Made by a program: the position numbers and the translations under genes | The notes under the pieces: generated by a model | Told to the model about the DNA's origin: nothing | Database searches by the model: none | The model's input: the letters and a program-made list of their open reading frames with translations, nothing else | In this document: positions 46,028 to 53,961 of the stretch, piece after piece | How positions within the stretch are numbered: the stretch's first letter is position 1 | Layout of the letters: every line of letters begins with the position of its first letter | Assembly (NCBI GenBank): GCA_049684495.1 | Contig: JBAVFZ010000279.1 | Location: 1-53,961, forward strand | Direction of reading: 5' to 3' | From: Anaerolineales bacterium | GTDB taxonomy: Bacteria > Chloroflexota > Anaerolineae > Anaerolineales > RBG-16-64-43 | Length of the DNA stretch: 53,961 bases

Positions 46028-47455
46028 TCATGCGCTTCCCTCGCTGCCGACCCATTCGGTGTGGAACACCCCCTTCTCGTCGATTCGTTCGTAGGAATGC
46101 GCCCCGAAATAATCCCGCTGGGCCTGGATCAGGCTGGCCGGCAGCCACTCGCTGCGGATACTGTCGAGGTAACCGAGCGATGCCATCAGGGCCGGCGCGG
46201 GAATCCCCAGCCCGGCCGCTTCGCACACGACGCCGCGCAGATCGTCATGGCGCTTCAACACCTCCGCTCCGATTTCCGGATCGATCAGCAGGTTCTCCAG
46301 CGATGGCTGGCGCGCGTATGCGCGGCGGATCATTTCCAGGAAAGCCGCGCGGATGATGCATCCGCCGCGCCAGATCCGCGCGACTGTTTCCAGCCCGAAG
46401 CCGTAGCCGTAGGTCTTGGAAGCCGCCCGGAGCTGGTCCATCCCCTGGGCATAGGTGAGGATCAGCGCGGCGTAGAACGCGCTGCGCAGCCGGTCGAGAA
46501 ACCGGCGCCGATCCCCCGAAAATTTCGGCTGCGGGATGTTCATCCCGCGGTGGATCGCGAGGCGCGTCCCTTTGTGGATCGAGAGGTTGCGCGCCGCCAT
46601 GGCCGAATCGATGGTCGGCATCGGAACCTGCAGTTCCATGGCGTCTTCCGACGCCCACTTCCCGGTCCCCTTCTGCCTGGCTTCGTCGAGGATCTTATCG
46701 ATCAGCGGCCGGCCGGTCTCCCTGTCCACCTCGCGCAAAATGTTGGCCGTGATCTCCACCAGGAAGGATTCAAGTTCGGTCGCCATCCAATTTCGGTAGA
46801 CATCGTGCAGCGCGTCGTTATTCATTCCCATTCCGCGTTTCATCAGATCATAGGTTTCCGCGATCAGCTGCATAAAACCGTACTCGATTCCGTTGTGCAC
46901 CATCTTGACGTAATGGCCCGCGGAGCCCGGCCCGAGGTAGGCCACGCACGGCTCGCCGGCCGCCTGCGCGGCGGTGGCTTCGAGGATTTTCCGGATCCGC
47001 TCGTAACCCGCCGGCGGCCCGCCGGGCATCAGGCTCGGTCCGTGCCGCGCGCCTTCGGCTCCGCCGGAGACTCCGACGCCCAGAAAGGAAAATCCCATTT
47101 CCGCGAGTGTCTTCTGGCGCAGGTCCGTGTCTTTGTAATGCGAGTTCCCGCCGTCGACGATCAGGTCGCCGGGCTCAAGCAGCGGCAGGAGCGTCTGGAT
47201 CACCGCGTCCACCGGCGGGCCGGCCGGGACGAGCAGCATCATCGCGCGGGGTTTGCGCAAAAGGGATACCATCGCCGCCGGCGTTTCCGCGCCCCGGATG
47301 TTTTCCCCGCCGGATTCCGACCGCAGCGCGGCGACCTTCTCCGCCTCCCGGTCGTATCCGGCCACCCCAAAGCCGTGATCGCGGATGTTCAAGGCGAAGT
47401 TCCGCCCCATCACGCCCAGGCCGATTATTCCCATTTCGTATTGCGGATCAGCCAT
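46028..47455 (-). CDS. gnd: 6-phosphogluconate dehydrogenase (decarboxylating)
   Basis: MGIIGLGVMGRNFALNI, GHYVKMVHNGIEYG, WRGGCIIRA. Confidence 0.95.
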   Translation of the reverse strand: MADPQYEMGIIGLGVMGRNFALNIRDHGFGVAGYDREAEKVAALRSESGGENIRGAETPAAMVSLLRKPRAMMLLVPAGPPVDAVIQTLLPLLEPGDLIVDGGNSHYKDTDLRQKTLAEMGFSFLGVGVSGGAEGARHGPSLMPGGPPAGYERIRKILEATAAQAAGEPCVAYLGPGSAGHYVKMVHNGIEYGFMQLIAETYDLMKRGMGMNNDALHDVYRNWMATELESFLVEITANILREVDRETGRPLIDKILDEARQKGTGKWASEDAMELQVPMPTIDSAMAARNLSIHKGTRLAIHRGMNIPQPKFSGDRRRFLDRLRSAFYAALILTYAQGMDQLRAASKTYGYGFGLETVARIWRGGCIIRAAFLEMIRRAYARQPSLENLLIDPEIGAEVLKRHDDLRGVVCEAAGLGIPAPALMASLGYLDSIRSEWLPASLIQAQRDYFGAHSYERIDEKGVFHTEWVGSEGSA

Positions 47456-47706
47456 GCTGCCGTCTCCTTTATCGCGGCCGTCCGGAACGGCCGGCGCGCC
47501 TCCCGGTCCCAGTGGTTGGCCAGGAGCACCCCTCCGAGATCGAGAAACAATTCTTGAATGGGCTGCTTTCGTTCCATCAGCGGCTTCCCATCAACGATTC
47601 GTTTTCCGCGGCGGCTTTTTTGCGGCCGGTTTTTTCCCGCGGCGGGCAGCGGCTTTGGGTTTTACTTTTTTTACGGCCGGCCGTGCGCCGGCGGAAGAAC
47701 CCTCGA

Positions 47707-49158
47707 TCAGAACGGCAGCACGCCGGCCGCCGTTTTTTGGATTAATTCCAGCAGAGGAGCCGGGTAAACGCCCAACCCGATGATCAGGACCGACAGCACT
47801 GCGAGCACAAGCTGTTCCAGGCGGGAACCGGAGACCGCCCGCGTTCCGGGCCCCGCTTCCGTATCCGGCGGACGGGTCATCATCAGAATAACCCGCAGGT
47901 AATAGTAGAGGCCGATTGCGCTGGTGACGATCAATGCCACCGCGAGCAGCCAGACCGCCGACCCGACTCCGGCCAGCAGCACGTACGCCTTGCCGATGAA
48001 TCCCGCCGTCAGCGGGATGCCGATCAGCGAAAGCAAAGCCGCGGTAAAAAAAGCGGCCGCCCACGGCCGGCGCCAGAATAAACCGCGGAAATCCCCGAGC
48101 GAGTCCGCCTCGCCGCTGTCCGCCGCCGAACCGATCACGCCGAAGGCGGTGAGGATCGCGGCAAAGTAGGCGGCCAGGTAGATGGCCGCCGCCGTCACCG
48201 AATTTCCGCCGGCGGCCAGAAGCGCCACGAGCAGATAGCCGAAATGCGCAATGGAGGAATACGCGAGCATCCGCTTGACGTCGGTTTGCAGCAGGGCCAG
48301 CCAGTTCCCGGCGAACATCGAAAGAACGGCGATCGCGATCAGCGCCGGGTACACGCCGCCGGCCGATGGAAACGCGTAGAGCGAGAAGATCCGGAACAGC
48401 GCCGCGAACACCGCGCCCTTGGAAACCGTGGCGATGAACCCCGCCACCGGCGCCGGCGCGCCCTGATAGATATCCGGGATCCACATGTGGAACGGGACGA
48501 CGGCGAGTTTGAAACCGATCCCGACCAGCACCATCGCCAGGCCGGCCGGCATCAGGACCGGATGCAATCCTCCGGCGGTGGATGCGGCGGGAAGAAGAAT
48601 CCAGCCGAGCTCGAGCGTCCCCCGTTCGGCGTAGACCAGCGCCGCCCCGAACAACAGGAATGCCGAGGAAGCCGCCGCCAGGATGAGGTATTTCACCGCG
48701 GCCTCGATCCCGAGCGGCTCGGTGCGCAAATATGCGATCAGGCCGTAGAGCGAGACGGTCAGGAGTTCCAGCGAAAGGAACAGCGATGCGAAGTGGGTGC
48801 TCGCCGGCAGGATGCACCCGCCGAGCGTCGCGGTCAGGAGCAGCAGGTAGAATTCCTCGCGGCGGATGCACCGGCGCTCAAGGTACCCGTAGGAAAGCCC
48901 CGCCACCGCAAACGCCGCGGCCATCAACAGGCCGGCGAAGAACAATGAGAATCCATCCACCTCCACAAGCGCGGTGACCGCGCGCGGGCTTTCGGCGGCC
49001 GCGATCGGCAGGCTTGCGAGCGCCAGCGCCAGAGCGGCCATCGTCATGCCCGCGATGAGCTTGTGTCTGCGGACGAACGCGGCCGTCAGCAGGATGACCA
49101 CGGTCGCGGCCGTCAGAATCAGGAACGGCAGAAGCGCCGCAAAATCAGCGGATGTCAT
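47707..49158 (-). CDS. nuoN: NADH-quinone oxidoreductase subunit N
   Basis: Polytopic antiporter-like subunit, last gene of the nuo series. ATGA overlap with nuoM. Confidence 0.9.
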   Translation of the reverse strand: MTSADFAALLPFLILTAATVVILLTAAFVRRHKLIAGMTMAALALALASLPIAAAESPRAVTALVEVDGFSLFFAGLLMAAAFAVAGLSYGYLERRCIRREEFYLLLLTATLGGCILPASTHFASLFLSLELLTVSLYGLIAYLRTEPLGIEAAVKYLILAAASSAFLLFGAALVYAERGTLELGWILLPAASTAGGLHPVLMPAGLAMVLVGIGFKLAVVPFHMWIPDIYQGAPAPVAGFIATVSKGAVFAALFRIFSLYAFPSAGGVYPALIAIAVLSMFAGNWLALLQTDVKRMLAYSSIAHFGYLLVALLAAGGNSVTAAAIYLAAYFAAILTAFGVIGSAADSGEADSLGDFRGLFWRRPWAAAFFTAALLSLIGIPLTAGFIGKAYVLLAGVGSAVWLLAVALIVTSAIGLYYYLRVILMMTRPPDTEAGPGTRAVSGSRLEQLVLAVLSVLIIGLGVYPAPLLELIQKTAAGVLPF

Positions 49159-50738
49159 GGCCGAATCCCCGGCGCCGGGAAGACCGTCCGCGGATCGTCA
49201 TCCCCCGGATGAATGGGCGCCGCCGACGCGGCAAAAAGCAATTCCTCCTGCGGAAAGGAATCCGAGACGCGGATTTCCGTATTCACCAGAGCGGGACGGA
49301 CCGCATCGAGCACCGGCTGCGGATACAAACCCAGCCAAAGCAGCCCGAGCGCCTGCGCGCCCAGCACCACAAATTCCCGCGCGTCGAGATCGGCGATCTT
49401 CCCGTCGCCCGTGTACGCTCCGGAAAAGACGCGCTGGACGAACCACAGCGAGTAGACCGTGGCGGCGATGAAACCGAGCGTCGCAAAAACCGCGGCCGGC
49501 ACGCTGACCTGGAAGGTTCCCAGCAGGACGAGCAGCTCGCCGATGAAGTTGCCAAGCCCCGGAAGGCCGAGCGACGCCAGCGCGAAGAACAGGCCGAAGC
49601 CGCCCATGCGCGGCATGACGCTCCACAACCCGCCCATTTTCGAAAGATCGCGGGTGTGCAGGCGGTCCTGCAGCGCGCCGGCTAGGATAAACAGCGCGCC
49701 GGTCGAGAGCCCGTGTGAAAGGATGATCACCACCGCCCCCTGCAGCGCGAAGGCGTTGCCGGCGAAGGCGCCCAGCAGCACGAACCCCATGTGGCTGACG
49801 CTGGTGTAGGCGATCATCCGCTTGAGATCGGTCTGGGCGAAGGCCAGCAGCGCGCCGTAGAGGATTCCCGCCACGCCGAGCGCCATCGCCCACGGAGCAA
49901 GGACGCGCGCCGCATCCGGAAAAAGCGGGATAAGGAAACGCAGGAACCCGTACGCGCCGGCTTTGAGCACCAGGCCGGCCAGGATCACACTGCCGGCGGT
50001 CGGCGCTTCCGCGTGCGCATCCGGCAGCCAGGTGTGGATCGGCACGACCGGCAGTTTCACGGCGTAGGCCAGCCCGAACCCCAGCATCAGCCAGAACGCG
50101 GTCTGGGCCGGGATCGCCGTGCCGATGAGCTGAATGTAATCGAACGTATAGGTGCCGGTTGTCTGGCCGTGGATCCAATACAAGCCGACCGTGGCCAGCA
50201 GCAGGAAGAGGCCGCCGGCCTGGGTGAAGATGAAGAATTTCAACGCGGCGTAATGGCGGTTTTCGTGCCCCCAGACGGCGATCAGCAGGTAGAGCGGGAT
50301 CAGGATCATTTCCCAGAAGAAATAGAAGAGCAGCAGATCCAGCGAAAGGAAGATCCCGGTCAGCGCGGCCAGCACCCAGAGCACATTAAAGTGGAAGAAG
50401 CCGATCCGCTCCGAAATGCCTTTCCACGAAGCGGCGACGGAAAATATTCCCAGAACCGCGGTCAGCAGGCACAGGACGAGGCTGAGTCCGTCCAGACCGA
50501 AATGAAACCCGGCGCCGAGCTGGGGAATCCAGGGCTGGTTCGCTTCCACCCACCACCGGCCCGCGGGAACGGCTCCAAAAGGGGCGGAATTTTGCAGCCA
50601 GAGCGCAACCAGGACAATCGCCTGGACCGCCGGGAAGAAGATCGAGATCCAACGCGAAAGCGCGGGATTCCACCGGCCGGCCAGCCACGCCAGCAAAGCG
50701 CCCGCCATCAGCCACAGGACGAGAAAGAAAAGTATCAT
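49155..50738 (-). CDS. nuoM: NADH-quinone oxidoreductase subunit M
   Basis: Antiporter-like subunit (WLPDAHAEAPTAGSVILAG). ATGA overlap with nuoL. Confidence 0.9.
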   Translation of the reverse strand: MILFFLVLWLMAGALLAWLAGRWNPALSRWISIFFPAVQAIVLVALWLQNSAPFGAVPAGRWWVEANQPWIPQLGAGFHFGLDGLSLVLCLLTAVLGIFSVAASWKGISERIGFFHFNVLWVLAALTGIFLSLDLLLFYFFWEMILIPLYLLIAVWGHENRHYAALKFFIFTQAGGLFLLLATVGLYWIHGQTTGTYTFDYIQLIGTAIPAQTAFWLMLGFGLAYAVKLPVVPIHTWLPDAHAEAPTAGSVILAGLVLKAGAYGFLRFLIPLFPDAARVLAPWAMALGVAGILYGALLAFAQTDLKRMIAYTSVSHMGFVLLGAFAGNAFALQGAVVIILSHGLSTGALFILAGALQDRLHTRDLSKMGGLWSVMPRMGGFGLFFALASLGLPGLGNFIGELLVLLGTFQVSVPAAVFATLGFIAATVYSLWFVQRVFSGAYTGDGKIADLDAREFVVLGAQALGLLWLGLYPQPVLDAVRPALVNTEIRVSDSFPQEELLFAASAAPIHPGDDDPRTVFPAPGIRP

Positions 50739-52717
50739 TGCAGCACCGCCATCGCGATCAGAATGATTGCCCCGGCCACGATCCCCGCCGCGTACCAGCG
50801 CACGTACCCGTTTTGCAGGGCGCTGAGCGCGCGTGCGATCCCGGCATTCAGTCCGGCAATTCCGGAGAAGATCCGGTCGAAGAAATCACCCCGGCTGATC
50901 CGCGCCAGAGCGGCATAGGGCCGCGTGATAAGCCGGTCGATCAGCCAATCGAAGACGTCGTCTTTATTGATCGCCGCCAGCCGGACATAGGGATGGACAA
51001 TCACGGTTTCATAGAGCCAATCGAAACCCCAGCCTGAAAACCAAAACCGGCCGAGAACGCGTCCCGCGGGAGAACGGGCCAGCTTCGCAGACCAATCCGG
51101 ACGGCGCAGGAAGAATACGTAGGCGAGCAGCAAACCGAACAGCGCCGCCGCCGCGGCGTCGATCTCCAGAAATATTTCGCTGCCCGGCGCGGCGCCGCGG
51201 AGAGCCAGGGCCGGCAGTGTGCCGGAAAGGAAATTCGAAAAGGCCGGGATATTGCCGAGCGCTTCCGGCAGTTCCACGAAACCCGCGCCGATCGAAAAAA
51301 CAGCCAGTACGAGGAGCGGGATCCGCACGCGAAGGCCGGGTTGATTTTGCGTGGAAGACTCTTGGACTTTGGCAGACGGGGCGCCGAAGAAAACTTTGAA
51401 GACCACCCGGAAAATGTAGATCGAGGTCAGGAACGCCCCGGCCAGGCCGGCCGCCCATAACACCGCCCCGCCCCGGGGAGAGGACCAGACGTCCCACAGA
51501 ATTTTGTCCTTGCTGTAGAACCCGGCCGTCAGGAGCGGCAGGGCCGAGAGCGAGCACGCGCCGATCAGGAAGGTCCAGAACGTCAGCGGCTGGGTTTTCC
51601 TCAACCCGCCCATGCGGAAGATGTCGTGCTCTTCGTCGAGGCTGGCGATCACGACGCCGGCGCCGAGAAACAGCAGCGCTTTGAAGAAGGCATGCGTCCA
51701 GAAGTGGAAGATCGCGGCCGACCAGGCGCCCGCGCCGAGCGCCAGGAACATGTATCCGACCTGGCTCATGGTGGAATAGGCCAGCACCCGCTTGATATCG
51801 CGCTGGACCAATGCGCTCAACCCGGCCAGGAGCAGCGTCGCCGCGCCGATCACAGCCGTCGCCAGCATGACGGCCGGCGCGAGCGAGAAGAGCACGTTCG
51901 TCCGCGCGATAAGGTAAACGCCGGCCGTCACCATCGTGGCGGCGTGGATCAGCGCGCTGACCGGGGTCGGGCCGGCCATCGCGTCCGGTAGCCACACCTG
52001 CAAGGGGAGCTTCGCGGATTTCCCGAGCGCGCCCGCCAGGAGCAGGACCGCGGCCAGGAGCGCGGCGGCGGAGCCCGCCGTCCACTGCGCCGCCGCGCGC
52101 TGCATCAGATCCTGGATGTTCCAGGTGCCGAGCTGGACAAAGATCAGGAACATCCCGACGGCGAGCGCCGCGTCGCCGACGCGCGTCACCAGGAACGCCT
52201 TGCGCGCGGCGCGCCCGTTGGCTTCCTCGCGGTACCAGAACCCGATCAGGAGGTAACTGCACAATCCCACCCCCTCCCAACCCAGGTACAGCAGCACCAG
52301 GTTGTCTGCCAGCACCAGGACGAGCATCGCGGCGACAAACAGATTCATGCAGGCGAAGAACCGGTTGTAGCCTTCGTCGCGGCCCATGTGCTCCGCGGAA
52401 TAGAGATGAATCAGGAATCCCACAAACGTCACCACGAAGATCATCGTCAGAGAAAGCGCATCCAGCCGGAAGGAGACGGCCAGGGTCAGCCCACCCGTGC
52501 TCATCCAGTTCCAGACCGTCTGCGTGTAGGCCGATCCGGTGGGGGCCGATGCCAGATACTGCACGCCGATCAACGCGGTCAGGAGCGCCGAGAGCCCGAC
52601 CGATCCGACCCCGATGATCGAGGTGAGCCGGCGCGGCAATCGAAGATTCCCCAGCAGCGCCAAAGCGGTGAAGCCAGCCAGCGGGATTGCGGGAACCAGC
52701 CATAAAAGCGGATACAT
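50735..52717 (-). CDS. nuoL: NADH-quinone oxidoreductase subunit L
   Basis: MYPLLWLVPAIPLAGF..., WLPDAMAGPTPVSALIHAATMVTAG. I chose the ATG at 52717, right after the nuoK stop, because the track extension to 52903 is R/S/P-rich. Confidence 0.9.
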   Translation of the reverse strand: MYPLLWLVPAIPLAGFTALALLGNLRLPRRLTSIIGVGSVGLSALLTALIGVQYLASAPTGSAYTQTVWNWMSTGGLTLAVSFRLDALSLTMIFVVTFVGFLIHLYSAEHMGRDEGYNRFFACMNLFVAAMLVLVLADNLVLLYLGWEGVGLCSYLLIGFWYREEANGRAARKAFLVTRVGDAALAVGMFLIFVQLGTWNIQDLMQRAAAQWTAGSAAALLAAVLLLAGALGKSAKLPLQVWLPDAMAGPTPVSALIHAATMVTAGVYLIARTNVLFSLAPAVMLATAVIGAATLLLAGLSALVQRDIKRVLAYSTMSQVGYMFLALGAGAWSAAIFHFWTHAFFKALLFLGAGVVIASLDEEHDIFRMGGLRKTQPLTFWTFLIGACSLSALPLLTAGFYSKDKILWDVWSSPRGGAVLWAAGLAGAFLTSIYIFRVVFKVFFGAPSAKVQESSTQNQPGLRVRIPLLVLAVFSIGAGFVELPEALGNIPAFSNFLSGTLPALALRGAAPGSEIFLEIDAAAAALFGLLLAYVFFLRRPDWSAKLARSPAGRVLGRFWFSGWGFDWLYETVIVHPYVRLAAINKDDVFDWLIDRLITRPYAALARISRGDFFDRIFSGIAGLNAGIARALSALQNGYVRWYAAGIVAGAIILIAMAVLQ

Positions 52718-52718
52718 G

Positions 52719-53036
52719 CTACCCACGCATTCCGGTTGCGTCGTCGACGCTGAGCGATTTCCGGCTTCGGTGGAAGAGCAAAACCAGCGCCAGCCCGATC
52801 GACACCTCCGCGGCGGCGGCGGCCAGGATGAACAGGAACAGGATTTGCCCGTCCGGCTGGGCCCACCGCGAACCGGCCGTGATGAACGCCACCCCGGCGG
52901 CATTGAGCATCACTTCCAGCGAAAGCAGGATGAAAAGCAGATTGCGGCGGACCAGCACGCCGGTCAGCCCAAGCGCGAACAAGATCGCGGCCAGGATCAA
53001 TCCGTGTTCGACGGGAACCTCCGCCATCAGATGCAT
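52719..53036 (-). CDS. nuoK: NADH-quinone oxidoreductase subunit K
   Basis: [40 protein letters not shown]. An alternative start is the ATG at 53027, which overlaps the nuoJ stop. Confidence 0.9.
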   Translation of the reverse strand: MHLMAEVPVEHGLILAAILFALGLTGVLVRRNLLFILLSLEVMLNAAGVAFITAGSRWAQPDGQILFLFILAAAAAEVSIGLALVLLFHRSRKSLSVDDATGMRG

Positions 53037-53554
53037 CCTTCTTTTGCGCCGCCCTGCTCCTCCGGCAATCCGCGCCGGCCGAGATGGTTGGCGGCCACCA
53101 ACGCCGCCAGAAGCAGCATGGATGCCAGCTCGACGCCGAGCACATACGGCCCGAGCAATGCGCTCCCCACCTGCACCGGAATGACCTCGCTTCCTCCGGC
53201 CGATCCGGCGCCGTTCCGGGTAACGAGATAGACCAATTCAGCCGCCAGGATGAGGGTCAGAATCGAGGGGCCGATCCATATCCGCCAATTTCCCAAAATC
53301 GGCTCTCCCTTCCCGGAACCACTTCCCGGGTTCAGCATCATGATCACAAACACAAACAGCACCATGATGGCGCCGGCGTAGATGATCGCTTCCAGCGCCG
53401 CCGCAAACGGAGCGCCCAAGCTGAAGAAGACCAGCGCCACCGACAGCAGCGAAACGACCAGATAGAGAAGAGCATGGACCGCGTTGCGCCGGGTGATCGC
53501 CACTGCGGTCGTGACCATCGCCATTGCGCCGGAAATGTAGAATACAAAGTTCAT
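53027..53554 (-). CDS. nuoJ: NADH-quinone oxidoreductase subunit J
   Basis: [37 protein letters not shown]... ATG at 53554 with a GAGGAG SD. The track extension translates the upstream palindrome. Confidence 0.85.
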   Translation of the reverse strand: MNFVFYISGAMAMVTTAVAITRRNAVHALLYLVVSLLSVALVFFSLGAPFAAALEAIIYAGAIMVLFVFVIMMLNPGSGSGKGEPILGNWRIWIGPSILTLILAAELVYLVTRNGAGSAGGSEVIPVQVGSALLGPYVLGVELASMLLLAALVAANHLGRRGLPEEQGGAKEGCI

Positions 53555-53575
53555 GAATTCTCCTCTGTTGAAGGT

Positions 53576-53658
53576 GGTCGAGTAGCGCTTTTTGCGTATC
53601 GAGACCACCGGTTTCTCGCGGTCTCGATCCGCCCGCAAAGAACGCGGGCTACTCGACC
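53576..53658. repeat. 83-bp imperfect nested palindrome in the nuoI-nuoJ spacer
   Basis: Outer arms GGTCGAGTAGC (53576-53586) and GCTACTCGACC (53648-53658). Inner arms ATCGAGACC (53598-53606) and GGTCTCGAT (53620-53628). Confidence 0.6.
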
Positions 53659-53668
53659 GGCTTTTCCG

Positions 53669-53961
53669 TCACGGCATCAGGCTCAGCGGATCGACCGGCG
53701 GCTGTTCGTTTTCCGCCCCGCCCTTGTCCTTGCCGCCGATCGCCGCGCCCGCCACGCGGTAAAAATCGTAATCGGGGTATTTTCCCGGCCCGCTGATGAG
53801 CAAATGCTCCTTCTCGTACACCAGGTTCTGGCGGACGTACTCGCCCATCTCGAAATCCGGCGTGAGCTGGATGGCCTGGGTCGGGCAGGCTTCCTCGCAG
53901 AAACCGCAAAAAATACAGCGCGAAAAATTAATCCGGAAGAATTCCGGGTAGCGCCGGCCGC
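53669..53961 (-). CDS. nuoI: NADH-quinone oxidoreductase subunit I (3' part; 5' end outside window)
   Basis: Hand translation of the minus strand gives ...[51 protein letters not shown]...PLSLMP* with the TGA at 53669-53671. It is absent from the ORF track because there is no start codon in the window. Confidence 0.85.
   Translation of the reverse strand, partial: GRRYPEFFRINFSRCIFCGFCEEACPTQAIQLTPDFEMGEYVRQNLVYEKEHLLISGPGKYPDYDFYRVAGAAIGGKDKGGAENEQPPVDPLSLMP

Noticed and set aside
47591-47720. Lys/Pro/Ala-rich tail (…PAVKKVKPKAAARRGKKPAAKKPPRKTNR) that looks like a small histone-like basic protein between nuoN and gnd. It coincides with a direct repeat TTTTCC(C)GCGGCGG(G)C and terminator-like GC-plus-T-run units on the plus strand.
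   Set aside because: No plausible start codon lies near the basic segment; the frame opens deep inside nuoN in another frame. The composition simply reflects A-runs alternating with GC clusters. The terminator-like units face the wrong way for both flanking minus-strand genes.

Overview
GC-rich bacterial chromosomal segment with about 41 protein-coding genes. I saw no rRNA, tRNA, CRISPR array, transposase or integrase. I did not compute GC content, and I cannot assign a taxon from sequence alone.

Layout:
- 0.3-4.7 kb, minus strand: a sensor kinase, an OmpR-type regulator, and an orphan CheY-like receiver.
- 5.3-8.5 kb, plus strand: a glycerol/lysolipid salvage trio (glpK, a YhhN-family membrane protein, a monoacylglycerol-lipase-like hydrolase).
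- 8.5-27.9 kb, plus strand: a co-directional beta-glucan (laminarin-type) utilisation block. It holds a soluble LacI-type-PBP/HisKA/HATPase/REC/AraC hybrid regulator, a GH30, a CUT1-type ABC importer (lipoprotein SBP plus two permeases, no ATPase gene), two lipoprotein GH16 endoglucanases, a signal-less SBP-like protein, a divergent 1046-aa GH94-clan protein and a GH94 phosphorylase. Two directly repeated paralogous 277-aa alpha/beta-hydrolase genes bracket the block.
- 29-54 kb, almost entirely minus strand, housekeeping genes: a membrane protein, a TetR regulator plus a flavodoxin-like gene, zwf, cydAB, a MenA-like prenyltransferase, an MgtA-type P-type ATPase, a small ferritin-like protein, SOD, a chloroperoxidase-like hydrolase, pgm, gnd, and nuoI (partial) through nuoN.

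Most noteworthy observations:
- The regulator is a fully cytoplasmic one-polypeptide hybrid two-component system.
- A signal-less SBP-like gene sits directly upstream of two clan GH-Q phosphorylase-like genes.
- The flavodoxin-like gene has an in-frame TGA followed by 44 more family-like codons.
- A frameshifted 3' relic of a second zwf lies 1.4 kb from the intact gene.
- Two inverted copies of a roughly 90-110 bp palindromic element share an identical 35-nt arm.
- Several strong intergenic palindromes occur (SBP-permease hairpin, triple ACCCTWAGGGT motif, nuoI-nuoJ palindrome).
- A 68-codon upstream ORF is coupled by an ATGA overlap to mgtA.

Family assignments rest on motif recognition by eye, not on searches.
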